64,000 nucleotides of DNA, from assembly GCA_951406725.2 (NCBI GenBank), contig OX597820.1:113832001-113896000 (forward strand), read 5' to 3'. Position 1 is the stretch's first letter. Each line of letters starts with the position of its first letter. Made by a program: the position numbers and the translations under genes. The stretch is from Octopus vulgaris (Eukaryota). The notes beneath the pieces were generated by a model, which did no database searches, was not told the origin of the DNA, and was given only the letters and a program-made list of their open reading frames with translations. Shown here piece by piece: positions 13,546 through 26,500 of the stretch.

Positions 13546-16377
13546 TTAACACACACACATACACGAAATGCATTCGATCAGTGACTAACTCAATCATAAC
13601 TTAAATAACAACAGTATTTCACTAAAATTGATGTCAGCAGAGATCAACTGAAGGATCTTGATTTTGCTATTTTTCTTCCTAATAAGCTTATAGTTGCTTA
13701 GCCCAAAGTCAACCTTTGGGTTAAACAACTCATCAAAGTGCTTCTAACTGTGACCATCACGTAGAGTAATATCAAGGTATACAAATATGCCAGTTTTTTC
13801 CTTTTTTATGAGACAGTTTGAGAGAGAGTTGTTTGCTACGCCTAGCAAGTTAGGTTTCTTTCAGTTTCCCTACTATCAGTTATACACAACTTCTTGAATG
13901 TGTATTGTGCAGTCGAGATCAACCGTCATAACTCGCTCTACATCGATGGTTCTTAAAGTAGGTCTTAGCCTCCCCTTGGTGGCATTATGAACTCACAAGG
14001 GAGCGATACTTGTCGAGGGGCTGCCATTAGGAGGAGATGCTGACTGTTTAGAGATGGTCGTGATTTTTCTTAAATATATTTAAACCAATTATTTGTATTT
14101 CAAACCCATTTTCATAACGAAAAAATCTTCGTCGGGATTAGAATATATTTTATTATTTTTTTCCGGCAAGCAGACCTCATGACTGATTCAATATAATTTC
14201 ATCGCTTAGTTTAGTAATCTCTGTAAAATCTTATCCGAAGAGACTCAAGACCGTTAGGATCTATCTAAAAAGAGGCTCATACTGGACACGATATTAGAAG
14301 AAAATATAGATAATAAATCACTGCATAAAATTGGGTTGTTTGATTAAAATATATGGGTACAACTTAAGCGTGCGGTCTACTGGAGAATCCATAGTATATG
14401 CTGTGAAATAACCTGTTCTGGCTTATGATTAACGTTTAGGGTTAGGTTTAAACTGCTGAAATGTAAATGGCCAGGAAGACCACATGTGGCACCTATGATT
14501 GGTGTTATTTTTCGAAGCAAACAACATGCGAAGATGTTTACAAACATCATTCCATAAAGGTGAGGTAGAGTGGCTAAGCAACAAAAAGATTAAGAAACAC
14601 AACTCTACACCAACCTACCTAAGTGTAAAAGTATATCACTAAGTGTTTGAATATTCGTGGTGAAACAGTAAAATTCTATTAAAGGGAAACAACTTAATTT
14701 CAAGGGAGATGACTCAGAAATGATTAAATGTGATTTCTAACCTGGACAATGCTTTTTTGATGATGGTTTAGCGAAGTGGTAAATGATGTAATGTGGCTAA
14801 AGCCCTGGTAATATATGTTCCGAGTCAGGATAACGAACATCAAGAAATGTGATAAGATAAAATTGAGTGCAACATTTATTCCGACGCTAAAAGAAAATAC
14901 AGAAACTGGTATAACATGAATTTGTCAAATACAATACAGAGTTTCTTGAAGTGCTCCTTGAAGATGAACGCTGGGAAAAGAGAGCCATGTGACAAGGATT
15001 CCTGCTAGTTTTCTCCTCACTGAAGCTGCAAAGCGGAATAAAACTGCTCTCATACCGAAGATCCAAACTCGCGCATTACGACCCACCTATCTAAGGAATT
15101 AACAGGAAAAGCTCCCCCTAAATAGCTGATGTTGGGATGCTTGGCTAGTCTATCATGTTAAGGGGTAGAGAGTCCACGTAAAGCTAGATGGACTGGACCA
15201 TCAGGTGATGAGCCAAAATGGGTACCAAAAGGTAAAGAGGCAAAATGCGGATACCCAAAACTAAAGAGCGAACATGCTTCTGCTACAATGGTATATAAAT
15301 TTGTTCTTATAGATCTATCCAATATCTAAGTTGCAATACAAGAATATCAAATCGCCCGTAAGGTACTTTAATTCTATCGACCCGGAAGGCTAAAAGGTCA
15401 ATAACTAAATACCGCAGACATTGTCCAGAGTTTTAACGATGTTGTCAATTCACTCGTACTTAAGTTATCTACCATAGGATTAACGTAAAATCCTCTCACA
15501 GTCATACAAGTGCAGTGGAATGACAGAATTGTTAAAGAGTTGGCAACAATGCTTTGCAATATTTCTTCCAGTGGTTTCCGCTCTGAGTTCAAATGCGCCA
15601 AAGTCAACTTTGTATTTTATACTTTTATATAAAGTACCAGCTGAGTACTGGAGTCGATATTATCAACTAGACCCTACCGTTCCCTTAAAAATTTATGGCC
15701 TCGTAGATTTAAGCTTTTTGTAAAAATTTAGTTATAAACTAAAGCGATGCTCTAATTTTCAGTATTTGCCGTAAGTGCATTGTAAAAGGAAAGCTATTAA
15801 TATGAATTTACGACTTACGCTTCCTAGAAAAGACAGGAACGTCACACATTTGCATTTTCTATAAATATTTGTTGTAACAAACCGATATCAGGACTTAAAT
15901 CGAAACATTACGAAATTTCGAGTTGTGATGGGCGATTGATCTAAAGGGAGACAACTTTAATAAGTAGTCACATACTAAACCCCAAAATTATTTAATGCGA
16001 AGGCACACGAGTCCAAATACGTCATTTAATATCAATATCTTGAGTACTGAAAATCTCCCAGAAGTACAGAATTTAGGAGGTATCAGGCATCGATTAGGCT
16101 CGTCGGGTACTAGACTTCACACTACCATTTGCAATATAGCTGCCAAGTTTTAAAACTTTTAACAGTCACTACAAACCAACAGGTTCATCATAATTGTCCT
16201 TCATTTTATCTTGGGTAAATACCTTTTCCTATAACCCTGGGCCGGAAATTGAAAGAAGTCCATCGTGTATGTGTGCTCAACTCCACATCTATGGTGCTGG
16301 TTTGTTTCCCCATATAACTTACCAGTTTGGCAAAAACGGACTGACAGAATACCAGGCTTCAAAAAATAAGTATTGGA

Positions 16378-16788
16378 CATTATTTACATTCGACAGATGT
16401 CCTCATCTTGTTTGTTAACACAACGTTTCGGCTGATATAACCTCCAGCCTTCTTCAGGTGTCTTGGGGAAATTTCGAGCCTGGGTTCTCATTCCTAAGGT
16501 ATTTTTCGATATTATTATTATTATTATTGTTGTTGTTGTCACTGCTTGGAATCGAATTCGGAATCTTGGGGTTAGTAGCCCATGCTCTTATCCACTCTGC
16601 ATAATAATATCGAAAAACACCTTAGGAATGAGAACTCAGGTTTGAAATTTCCCCAAGACACCTGGAGAAGGCTGGAGGGTGTATCAGCCAAAACATTGTG
16701 TTAACAACAAACAAGATGAGGACAAATATCCGTCGAATGCAAATAATAATGTACATAATTCCTCGTCTCTTAAATATAGAACTGTATT
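16378..16788 (-). mobile_element. Non-autonomous retroelement: tRNA-derived head, (AAT)n and hammerhead-bearing Penelope-like repeat, with an inverted second copy
   Basis: 12-bp direct repeat ATAAGTATTGGA at 16366-16377 and 16789-16800; inverted arms at about 16378-16518 and 16601-16752; tRNA-like segment at 16538-16602. Confidence 0.75.
16417..16462 (-). ncRNA. Minimal type-I hammerhead ribozyme (Penelope/retrozyme type)
   Basis: Minus strand reads GACAC-CUGAAGA-A-GGCUGG(aggttata)UCAGCC-GAAA-CG-UU-GUGUU: intact core, stems I and II, and palindromic AACGUU in place of stem III. Confidence 0.75.
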
Positions 16789-17230
16789 ATAAGTATTGGA
16801 GTTGATTTGTTTGACCAAAACCTTCATCATTGCTATTCTACTACAATGGCTTCTGCTCCTCTAAAACCAAGTGCCATTTCATTAAGGACGGCTCATGTAC
16901 CTTTTTCTCTTCACCTCTTATCTCTACTATGTTTCACCATTAACCTTGAAAATTTCCAAATGTAATGCAACGCCTCTTCCTCCTCATTCACCTAAATAAC
17001 TATCATAACACTCTTAAAACCTATTAAGGTAATACAAGGTAGCAGATACACAATTAGTCAGTAAGCTGATAATACACCAATTTATATCTCATCTGTATTG
17101 CTCAACCACCATTAGCATCACATTTACATTTTTTTCTCCAACACCAATACCATCTGGCTTGCAAATTAAAAGAGAAAACAAGTATTTAAGCACAAACCAC
17201 AACATATAGAAAAAATTTTTTAATTTTTCT

Positions 17231-18373
17231 TTAAAATGAATAACCAACTATATCTAAAACATTGGCTCCAAGAAGTTGGAAATGTTCTAAGGCACTTTGA
17301 AGAGCTTCTGTGTTGTGCTTAATGTCCTTTCTGCACATCAGTTCCAATGAAATATTTTGCTGATTGTCTTCAGTTTTTCCAGGATTACTAACGGAATTAT
17401 CAGAACGAAATGTTTCATCAGGAACAGTTGATGTCTGTTCTTCAGTAACAGTTTCATGTAAAACATTACATTCTTTCTTTAATTTTTCTTTGTGTTTTCT
17501 ACTCTTTGGAGCAGTACATTCTTCTGTAGAGACTTTATCAGACACTCCTGCAGACACTGAATCTTCTTGGTTAAGATTATCCATTTCTTCTCGAGATCTT
17601 TTCTTTTTCTTTTTTTTTCTTCTTGTGTAAAAATCTTCATCTCTAGTTTCTAAATCTTTTTCTATTTCAACATTAAGCACTGCTGTACTTTGCTCCCCAC
17701 AACTGGGAACTGTACTTTGGTTCTCAAGATTAACAAGTGCCGGACTCTGCACCATAGAATTATGAAGTACACTTTTAGAATCAACCACCTCACAATCTTG
17801 TTCCTTCTTTTTCTTCTTCTTCTTTGACTTCTTTTTCTTTGCCTCACCAGTTGTTGAACAAACAGTTTCTCCATGACTTACATCATTCTCACCATCACAG
17901 TCAACAACATCAGATGTGCTTTCCTTGCACTTTTTATGCTTGTCTTTTTTCTTCTTATGTTGAACCATCTCAATACACTCATCTCTCATCTCAACAGATT
18001 GGTTTTTATAATTATCTACAGATTCAGAATTATGCTCACCATCTACATCAGTTATTAATTCACATGTTGCCTCTTCTTCAAATTCCTCATCCTTAACCTT
18101 CTTTTTCTTTTTCTTCTTTAACTTCTTAACAGCCTCCTCGGGGCAGTGGTCAACATCCATAGTAGAATCTGACTTATCTTTGATAGTTTGCTCAGGGCAG
18201 TGGTTAACCTCCATAGAACAATCTAAGTCTGTAGGTTCTGTAACCAGAGATTCCTTGTGTGCAGAATCACTGCCTCTTACTTGTAAATGTGCTTCTTTCA
18301 TTGCTTTCATTTTCATAGCAAAATATTCCAATATACTCTTCCCAGTATTTATGGTAAAATCTCCAGTAGATTC
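17231..18373 (-). CDS. PINX1: PINX1 terminal exon 5 (K/E-rich low-complexity tail)
   Basis: Acceptor TTTCTAG is in frame with the 366-aa ORF; [10 protein letters not shown] motif, poly-K tracts, TAA stop. Confidence 0.85.
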   Translation of the reverse strand, partial: ESTGDFTINTGKSILEYFAMKMKAMKEAHLQVRGSDSAHKESLVTEPTDLDCSMEVNHCPEQTIKDKSDSTMDVDHCPEEAVKKLKKKKKKKVKDEEFEEEATCELITDVDGEHNSESVDNYKNQSVEMRDECIEMVQHKKKKDKHKKCKESTSDVVDCDGENDVSHGETVCSTTGEAKKKKSKKKKKKKEQDCEVVDSKSVLHNSMVQSPALVNLENQSTVPSCGEQSTAVLNVEIEKDLETRDEDFYTRRKKKKKKRSREEMDNLNQEDSVSAGVSDKVSTEECTAPKSRKHKEKLKKECNVLHETVTEEQTSTVPDETFRSDNSVSNPGKTEDNQQNISLELMCRKDIKHNTEALQSALEHFQLLGANVLDIVGYSF

Positions 18374-21315
18374 CTAGAAAATAGATAGAATTTTACTTTA
18401 TTAAAATAATTGATTATAATTTATCTTTAATGAGGTAAATAAAATCATGAGCCAAATAAATAATTGAATGAGGAGGGGGTAGGTGATGGGAGGAGGGACT
18501 GAGATAGGGTTTCGCATGAATGAGGTTTTACAAATATGGATATATAGGCAGCACAGGTGTGGCTGTGTGGTAAGAAGCTTGCTTCCCAGCCACATGGTCT
18601 TGGATTCAGTCCCACTGCATGGCACCTTGGGCCATATAGTCTTCTACTATATATAGCCTCAGGCCAAACAAAGCCTTGTGAGTGGATTTGGTAGATGTAA
18701 ACTGAAAGAGGCCCATCATATATATGTGTATATGTATGTGTGCGGCCCCTTATGTCCATGTTTGTCCTTGACAACTGGCGTTGGTGTTCACATCCCTGTA
18801 ATTCAGTGATTCAGCAAAAAATCCTTGATAGAATAGGTATTAGCTTTAAAAAAGAAAGTCCTGGGGTTGATTTATTCAACTAAAACCCTTCAAGGTGATA
18901 CTCCAACATGACAGCAGCCAAATGACTGAAACTAGTAAAAGATAAAAGATATATTTTATTTCGTTCTGATTTCCATCAACATTTGCTGTTTAGATGTCTG
19001 ACTTCCTGCTGCTAACTAATCCCTTGAACTGATGAAGATAGAGAAAGAGGATACAATGAAATGGAATTAAGTACTTTGTTCTTACGTCCAATTGGAAATA
19101 TAAGACATACTAACATAAACACCTCCTGAGACCTGAGAAGTTTTCTCAAGGCCAATAATGTTTCACAGCATGATAACAAGAGGTAATTCCATGCTTTAAC
19201 CGCAGCATCAATTGAAGAAACTCCAGATTGAGACAGCAGACAAAAGAGTGTGAAGAGAGACAGAGCAATGTGGTATTATGATATATAAAAATAAATGTTC
19301 CTTCTCGAGCCATACCAGGCTCATAAGGGCCGGTTTCCCAGTTTCTGTGGCGTAGAAATTCCCCACCTGGACGGGACGCCGGCCTGTCGCAGGATTACTC
19401 ATTTTTGCCAGCTGAGTGAACTGGAGCAATGTGAAATGAAGTGTTTTGCTCAAGAACAAAACGTGTCGCCTGGTCCAGGAATCGAAACCACAATCTTACG
19501 ATCATGAGTTCAATACCCTAACCACTAAGCCACGCGCCTTCACAATGTGGTATTGGACAGAGAAGATTTGTATATGTACACATATGATGGATAGTAGAGG
19601 GGAAGGAAGCAAGAGAGATGTAATGCATCTTTGTGAGTGTGTCTGAAGGAGTACACATAAGCTTTTCAAGGCAGACACACAGAAATACTGTTGTATATAT
19701 GTATGTGTACTTCTGTGTGAATGCATGTGCTACGTATATGGAGATGTAACAGAGAAAAGAGGGAGAGAATGGAAAAATGAGAGCATCAAAGAAACCTTAC
19801 TGATTTTGCATCAATATTAGGAGCCTCAAGAGCAACCACTTCTGATGGTGAGGATGATGATGGCACCAGATCAGTCTCAGGTTTCTTCATCTTGATTTTC
19901 CTTCGGCCAAATATACAATCCATGTCCTCTGCTGTCCGACCTGACAGATCTTTGCTTTTCATGTGTTTGTGGTAGCTGAGAGAAAATAAAGATAGGAAGA
20001 TGAGGAGCACTGAAATACTGTTAGGGGTTAGAGCTAAATATAGTATGTGGAACAAAGATAGGAAGCTGGGGAGGGCTTTATTCAATTTTCAGGGTCAATG
20101 AGTTAAATACTGTAGCTGAAAAAAGATTGGAAAATGAAAAGGACTTTAAACAGTGTTACAAGTTATTGGGTTAACCATGAACATTGTCCTGATCCATGAA
20201 GATTCTTGTTAACTTGAACACATACATGAATTTTCTTCACAATGTACAAATTTCTTGTCCAAAGAAAGAAAATCCTTAAATTACAGCAGCAGTAGCAGTG
20301 GAGGCACAATGGCCCAATGGTTAGGGCAACAGACTCGCGGTCGGAGGATCGCGGTTTCGATTCCCAGACCAGGCATTGTGTGCATTTATTGAGTAAAAAC
20401 ACCTAAAGCACCACGAGGCTCCGGCAGGGGGTAGTGGCGACCCCTGTTGTACTCTTTCGCTACAACTTTCTCTCACTCTTTCTTCCTGTTTCTTGTCCCC
20501 AACTTCCTACGTAACTGCTGAGCCTGGATGTGCATTCATCCATCCATCGAACTTCTGCGGGTCTTACAAATAGCAAAGGACCACGTTTCGGACATCTCCC
20601 ACTACAGACGGGATGAAGACCGCTTCGCTCAACAAACAAAGCAGCAGTAGCAGTTCTTTCTAGAGTCAGTTGACTGCATCAACACCAGTCCCTGACTGGT
20701 ATTCATTTTATTGACTCCGAAGAAAATGAAAGGCAAAAATCAACCTTAGAAGCATTTGAACTCAGAACATAAGGAGTCTGAAGAAATGCTGATAAGCATT
20801 TTGTCTGGCATCCTAACAATTCTGTCCGCTTATCACCTTTTTAATGATAATAATAATGGTTTCAAATTTTGGCACGAGGCCAGCAACTTCAGGGAGGGTC
20901 TACTGATCCCAATACTAAACTGGAACTTATTTTATCAACCCAAAAAAGATAAAGTTGGCTGCAGTAGAATTTGAACTCAGAATGTAAAGACGGACACAAT
21001 GCCACTACGCATTGGCCTGGTGTGCATACAAGTCTGCTAACTTGATACTTTACAGAACAATGTTAATAATGCTGATAATATAGGTGCAGGTGTGGCTTAC
21101 TTCCCAACCACAAGGTTCTAGGTTCAGTCCCACTGCATGGCACCTTGGGCAAGTATCTTCTACTATAGCTTCAGGCTGACCCAAAGCCTTGTGGATTTGG
21201 TAGGCGGGAACTGAAAGAAACCTGTCGTATGTATGTATGTGTGTATATATGTGTGTGTGTGTATATATATGTATGTATGTATATATATATATATATATGT
21301 ATGTATGTGTGTGTG

Positions 21316-21347
<32 letters not shown>

Positions 21348-23506
21348 TACATGTGTGTGTATATATATATATATGTATATGTATGTATGTGTGTGTGTGT
21401 CTTTGTTTGTCCCCCTCATCATCGCTTGACAACTGGTATTGGTGTATTTGTGTTCCTGTAACTTACCAGTTTGGCAAACAGACCAATATAATAAGTACTA
21501 GGCTTAAAAATAAGTCCAGGGATTGAAATCATCATCATCGTCGTCATTGTTTAACGGCCACTTTCCATGCTCGCATGGGTTGGATGGTTTAACGGAGAAC
21601 TGGTATGCTGGTTTTTGCTAGGTTAACTCTAAAGCCCTTCAGCTATTAGAGCAAGGTCACCAGCACAGAGGAGCTCCCAGAGGCAGCCTGTCTTGAATTC
21701 CTCTGTTATTGCCTGATGGACTATGATGAACAAGAGGGGCTGAGGACTTCTACCCTGGGCTTGTACAGCTTTCACTAACCACTCATCTATTCCTAGTTTC
21801 CGCATTGACCACCAGATAAGCGATTGGAGGACCCTGTCAAAGTCTTTCTCCATGTCAATGAAAGCCAGGTACAGAGGTGTATCTTTGGCTATGTATTTCT
21901 CCTGCAGCTGTCTTACTAAAACTATAGCATCAGTGGTACTTCTCCCAAACTGCATCTCCCTAACTCTCTCTCTTTAATTGGGCTATGACTTTCCATGACT
22001 TTCATCACTTGATCCAATAATTTAATACCTCTATAATTATTTCTATCTAATGCATCACCTTTACCTTTGTAGCAGTTGACTATGGTGCTGCTACACCAGT
22101 CATTAGGTATGATTCCTTTGTGTACCACCTGGTTAACTATACGGGTGACTAGCCTATAACCTACACTGCCAGATATTCTAAGCATTTCAGCAGTGATTGC
22201 TGATGAACCGGGGGCTTTCCCTGTCTTCATATCCTTAATTGCTTTATCTACCAAGGCACTGTCAATTCAGATTGCTGGTCCCTCTGTTAGGTTGACATTT
22301 GTCAGACTCTCTTTCTCCCATTCATTCTCTTCATTTAGCAACCTTTCATAGTGGCATCTCCAAGTCTCTCCCTTTGCAGCATCATTAAATGCAAGTGAGC
22401 CATCATTCATGTAGACACATTTCTCTGAAATGTTCAACAGTACTCCAGCATGGCCGCAGTCTAATGACTGAAAACAAGTAAAAGAATGAAAGGATAATAA
22501 TTAAGATAACTTACTGCACACGTCTTTTGGCCACACAAGACTTTTCTACCAACTTGCTAACATCACCTGTATCAGCATGACTGACACTAGTGTGGGTTTC
22601 ACTCAAGCTGCTCAACAAGGAGTTAAAATCATCCTGGTGACTTATCAAGTTGTCACCAAAGACGTTTTTAAAACCAAGCCCTGTAAAGTCATAACAGGAA
22701 AATAAATTAACACATTTGGTATGGGAAAGTGAAGTGTAGAGAGGAGTGACAATAGCAAAGTTATGGGTGTAGAGAGAAGAGTCAATGATGACAAAGATAA
22801 GAGTGTAGAACATTGCAGTGTCATTGAACAATTCCTGTTGATTCAGTGGAATGGAAGATCTTCATAGTTTGTTGATGAGGATTCAGTTGCTCATCCCTGA
22901 ATTGAATGTGTAGTGTTCCCTTAACATTTTTCTCAAGCAGAATCACTGGTATACAGTGAATGTGACAAGGCTTTTGAATTACAAGTACAATTTATGTCGG
23001 GCTTCTGTACAGTATCAGTCTACCCAAGGCCATGCCCCAGTATGGCCACAGTCTAATGACTAAAACAAGCAAAAGATAAAAGACTCAGTTTTAATCACAA
23101 GACATTATAAAAGCTCCTTCACTGGTCAGCAATGTCCTGTCAATGATACCTAGTTATGGTCATGTAACCCTAAAATTTCAATCTTCATACAAGTGGTTTA
23201 CATTTTTAATGAGGAGTAAAGAATCTGCTGAAGAATATTTGGCTACTACATTAAGCAGATCAAGTCACAATGTAAAAGGCTCCTTCCTTTGCTTAGGTCA
23301 CCTCGATTTGCTGCTACACTGAACAAGTGATCTCATGATCAGTATTTCAAAGGCAGTAAGTTCTTTTGACAAAGAGATCTGGCACCCACCACATGGTTTC
23401 AGGTCCAGTGCCACTGCATGGCACCTTGGGTCTTCTACTATAGACCCAGGCTAACCAAAGCCTTGAGTGCATTTAGAAGATTGAAACTGAAAGGAAGATT
23501 GTCATA

Positions 23507-23539
<33 letters not shown>

Positions 23540-26500
23540 CTGTGTGTTGTGTCTGCATATTTGTTTACATTTGTACTTCTACAAAAGTTCCAACCTATAA
23601 GCAATGATGTCAGTTCTCTTGTCAACAAATTATCCACTCACTTCATGCCACTGAAGCCATGTGGAATAACAGGTAAGGATTTTAACCCTTTCGTTACTGT
23701 ATTTATTTTGAGATGCTCTGTGTTTTTTTCAATTACTTTAATTATAACAAAGAATTTAGTAAAATAACTTAATTATCATTCAGCTAGTGTTAGGAGCATT
23801 AATTGTGACTAAGGTTTGGTGGGAGATTTTAATTCAAAACTTATGAAAACAAGACATTTGTACTACGGAGCCAGAGCCGGTCTCAGCTGGGTTGGTAACA
23901 AAAAGGTTAAACAATAGTTCAATAGTAATCATCTAATCCATGATGATAAAAAGAAATGCATGTAAAACCCTTCAAAACCTGTCCCACTAATTTGCATAGC
24001 TGTTTTCAAATCATTAGGAAATTTACTATAAGAGATTTGGTATATGCTGGAGCTGAAGAATTTACTATGTAAGATGTTTACAGCAGCTCAGAGCAAAATA
24101 TGAAATGTTAACCTATCAGTCAACATCATAATTTAGCAAACTATAACACAACATCATCATGGTAAGAACTAAATGAAAGGAACAAATGGTAAGAACTAAA
24201 TGCAGCACATGTTACAAAATGGTCACTGATTTCTAAAGGTTATGAAAGAATTCCTAAGTGCAAGAGCGGTTAACTTACCTTTGCTATCACTCTTCTTTGT
24301 GACTTTCACATGTTCTTTGCAACCGTCTTCTCGCAGCCCCAAACCTTTACCTTTCTTCCAGCCAAACTTCTCAAGCATCTTCTGACCAAACTTACTTTCA
24401 TCTGACAAAGGAAAAATAACAAATATGGATGCTGCAAAATAGTCATTTAACACCCATCTTCCATGCTGGCATGGGTTGGACAGTTAGACAGAATGCAAGC
24501 CATAGTATTGAGCACCAATATTGTCTTTGGCATAGTTTCAACAGCCAGAGGACACACTTCCTAATGCCAACCACTTCTCAGAGTGTACTGGGTGATTTTT
24601 TTTTTTTTTGACACTAATGAGGTCACCAAGTAACTCACAAGACAAGATCCTTCAAACAAGTTGAGGTGTAGTATTAAGAGAGCTCGTTTTGTATCAGGTA
24701 TTGACAGGTTCAAGTATGACAGAGTGACAAGAACAGGTGTCTTGCTGTAATGAAGATATATGGCTACCAAACAGTAAAAATTTACAATATAGTCAATATA
24801 ATCACAAGTATGGATGTTTAGAAGTTGGGTTCAAGCCCATATTGTTTCAGGTTGCTCCCACTGAGCAAGAGCCTTCTACTAGATTTGTGGTATCAACTGG
24901 GGTTCATATAAGGTGTTTGGGAGTCCATGCAACAAAATAGTAAACTGGGGATCCACAATAGCATTTTAAGGACCCCTGGAAAAAATTATGCTTTAGCTGT
25001 ATTGGTATGTATTACATGAAACAGCTAGGTTTCTTTCTCTAGCATTTTCCATAGTTCAACCTACACAGGTTAGAATGTGAAAAGCAAAATAGGAATTTTG
25101 AAAGAAGTTTCTATGAAACTAGTTTTTAAATATCGAATGGTTATGGGGGTCCACCAGAATAAAATAGTAATCAAAGGGGTCCTTAAATAAGAAAATGGTT
25201 TTAGCCTAACACACAACTATTTCTGCCTTAAAAAGATTGCTTTTGACCAGAGACTAGAACTTTGTCTTTATATATATATATTTCTTTACTACCCACAAGG
25301 GGCTAAACACAGAGGGGACAAACAAGAACAGACAAACGGATTAAGTCGATTACATCGACCCCAGTGCGTAACTGGTACTTAATTTATCGACCCCAAAAGG
25401 ATGAAAGGCAAAGTTGACCTCGGCGGAATTTGAACTCAGAACGTAACGGCAGACGAAATACGGCTACGCATTTCGCCCGGCGTGCTAACGTTTCTGCCAG
25501 CTCGCCGCCCTTCATATTGTCTTTATATATATATACACACACACACACATATGTATGTATGTATGAGAGGATACCCAAAAGCAACTGACAATTTCTCTGT
25601 TGTAATTCAGGCTTCTGCCACTAGAAGCCACTTGATGTGACCCTCAGGCATCAGTCTGTCAACCGGTAGCATCGAATGAAGTCATACTGCCATGGGAAGT
25701 GTCTTTGTTTTGCAGTGCTTCTCCACTGTTCATCGATTTTTGCAATGGCTGAAACAAAGGAACAGCGTGCTTCTGTGAAATTCTTTCTGCCAGGGAAAAC
25801 GGAGGCCAAAACAGTTGTCATGCCTCAAACAACTTACAAGGAAGCTGCCATGAGCAAAACACAAGTTAACAAGTGGTTTTCATGCTTTAGGAATGGTCAC
25901 TTGTTGCTTGAAGACCAACCTCATTCAGAGTGACTGTTGACCTCCTGAACAAAAATGAAAACATCACGAAAATTCATGAACTAATTTTAGAGGACCATCA
26001 GCAAATAATTGATGAACTTGTTGATATGACTGATGTGTCCTGGAGCTCCTGCCAACAAATTAAAAAGAGTTGCAGCAAGATTTGTGCCCTGCCCGTTCAC
26101 GGAAGATCAAAAGCACAGATGCATTGTATTTCAAAGATCCAGGATTGTGTAGCTGATCGGAGATTTGTAATGCTTCAAATCACAAAATATGACCACATAA
26201 ACTGAGGTGAAATTTGGAAAGTCATGTAGGTTCACAACTCTGACTTGTAATATCTTGATATTTCCAGCATTAAAAAAAAATCTTATCTTTCCTAAGAAGG
26301 CCTAAAAGATTCAGAAAATGTTTAACAATTGTGGCAAAAGTGAATCTAAAGACACAATTTTTGATAATGCAGCCATGTTAATATTTATAAGAATGATGTT
26401 TTATGTAGGCACAAGGCTTCAAATCTGGGGGTAAAGAAACAATCGATTACATTAACTTTAGTATTAATCCAGAAGGATGTACAGTAAAGTTGTCCTCAGT

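Noticed and set aside
13955-14045. GC-rich patch considered as an HDV-like ribozyme
   Set aside because: I could not assign consistent P1, P2 and P3 helices on either strand.
14860-15300. Possible LTR or exon in unique-looking sequence
   Set aside because: No TG...CA boundaries with TSD, no second copy and no recognisable peptide; left unassigned.
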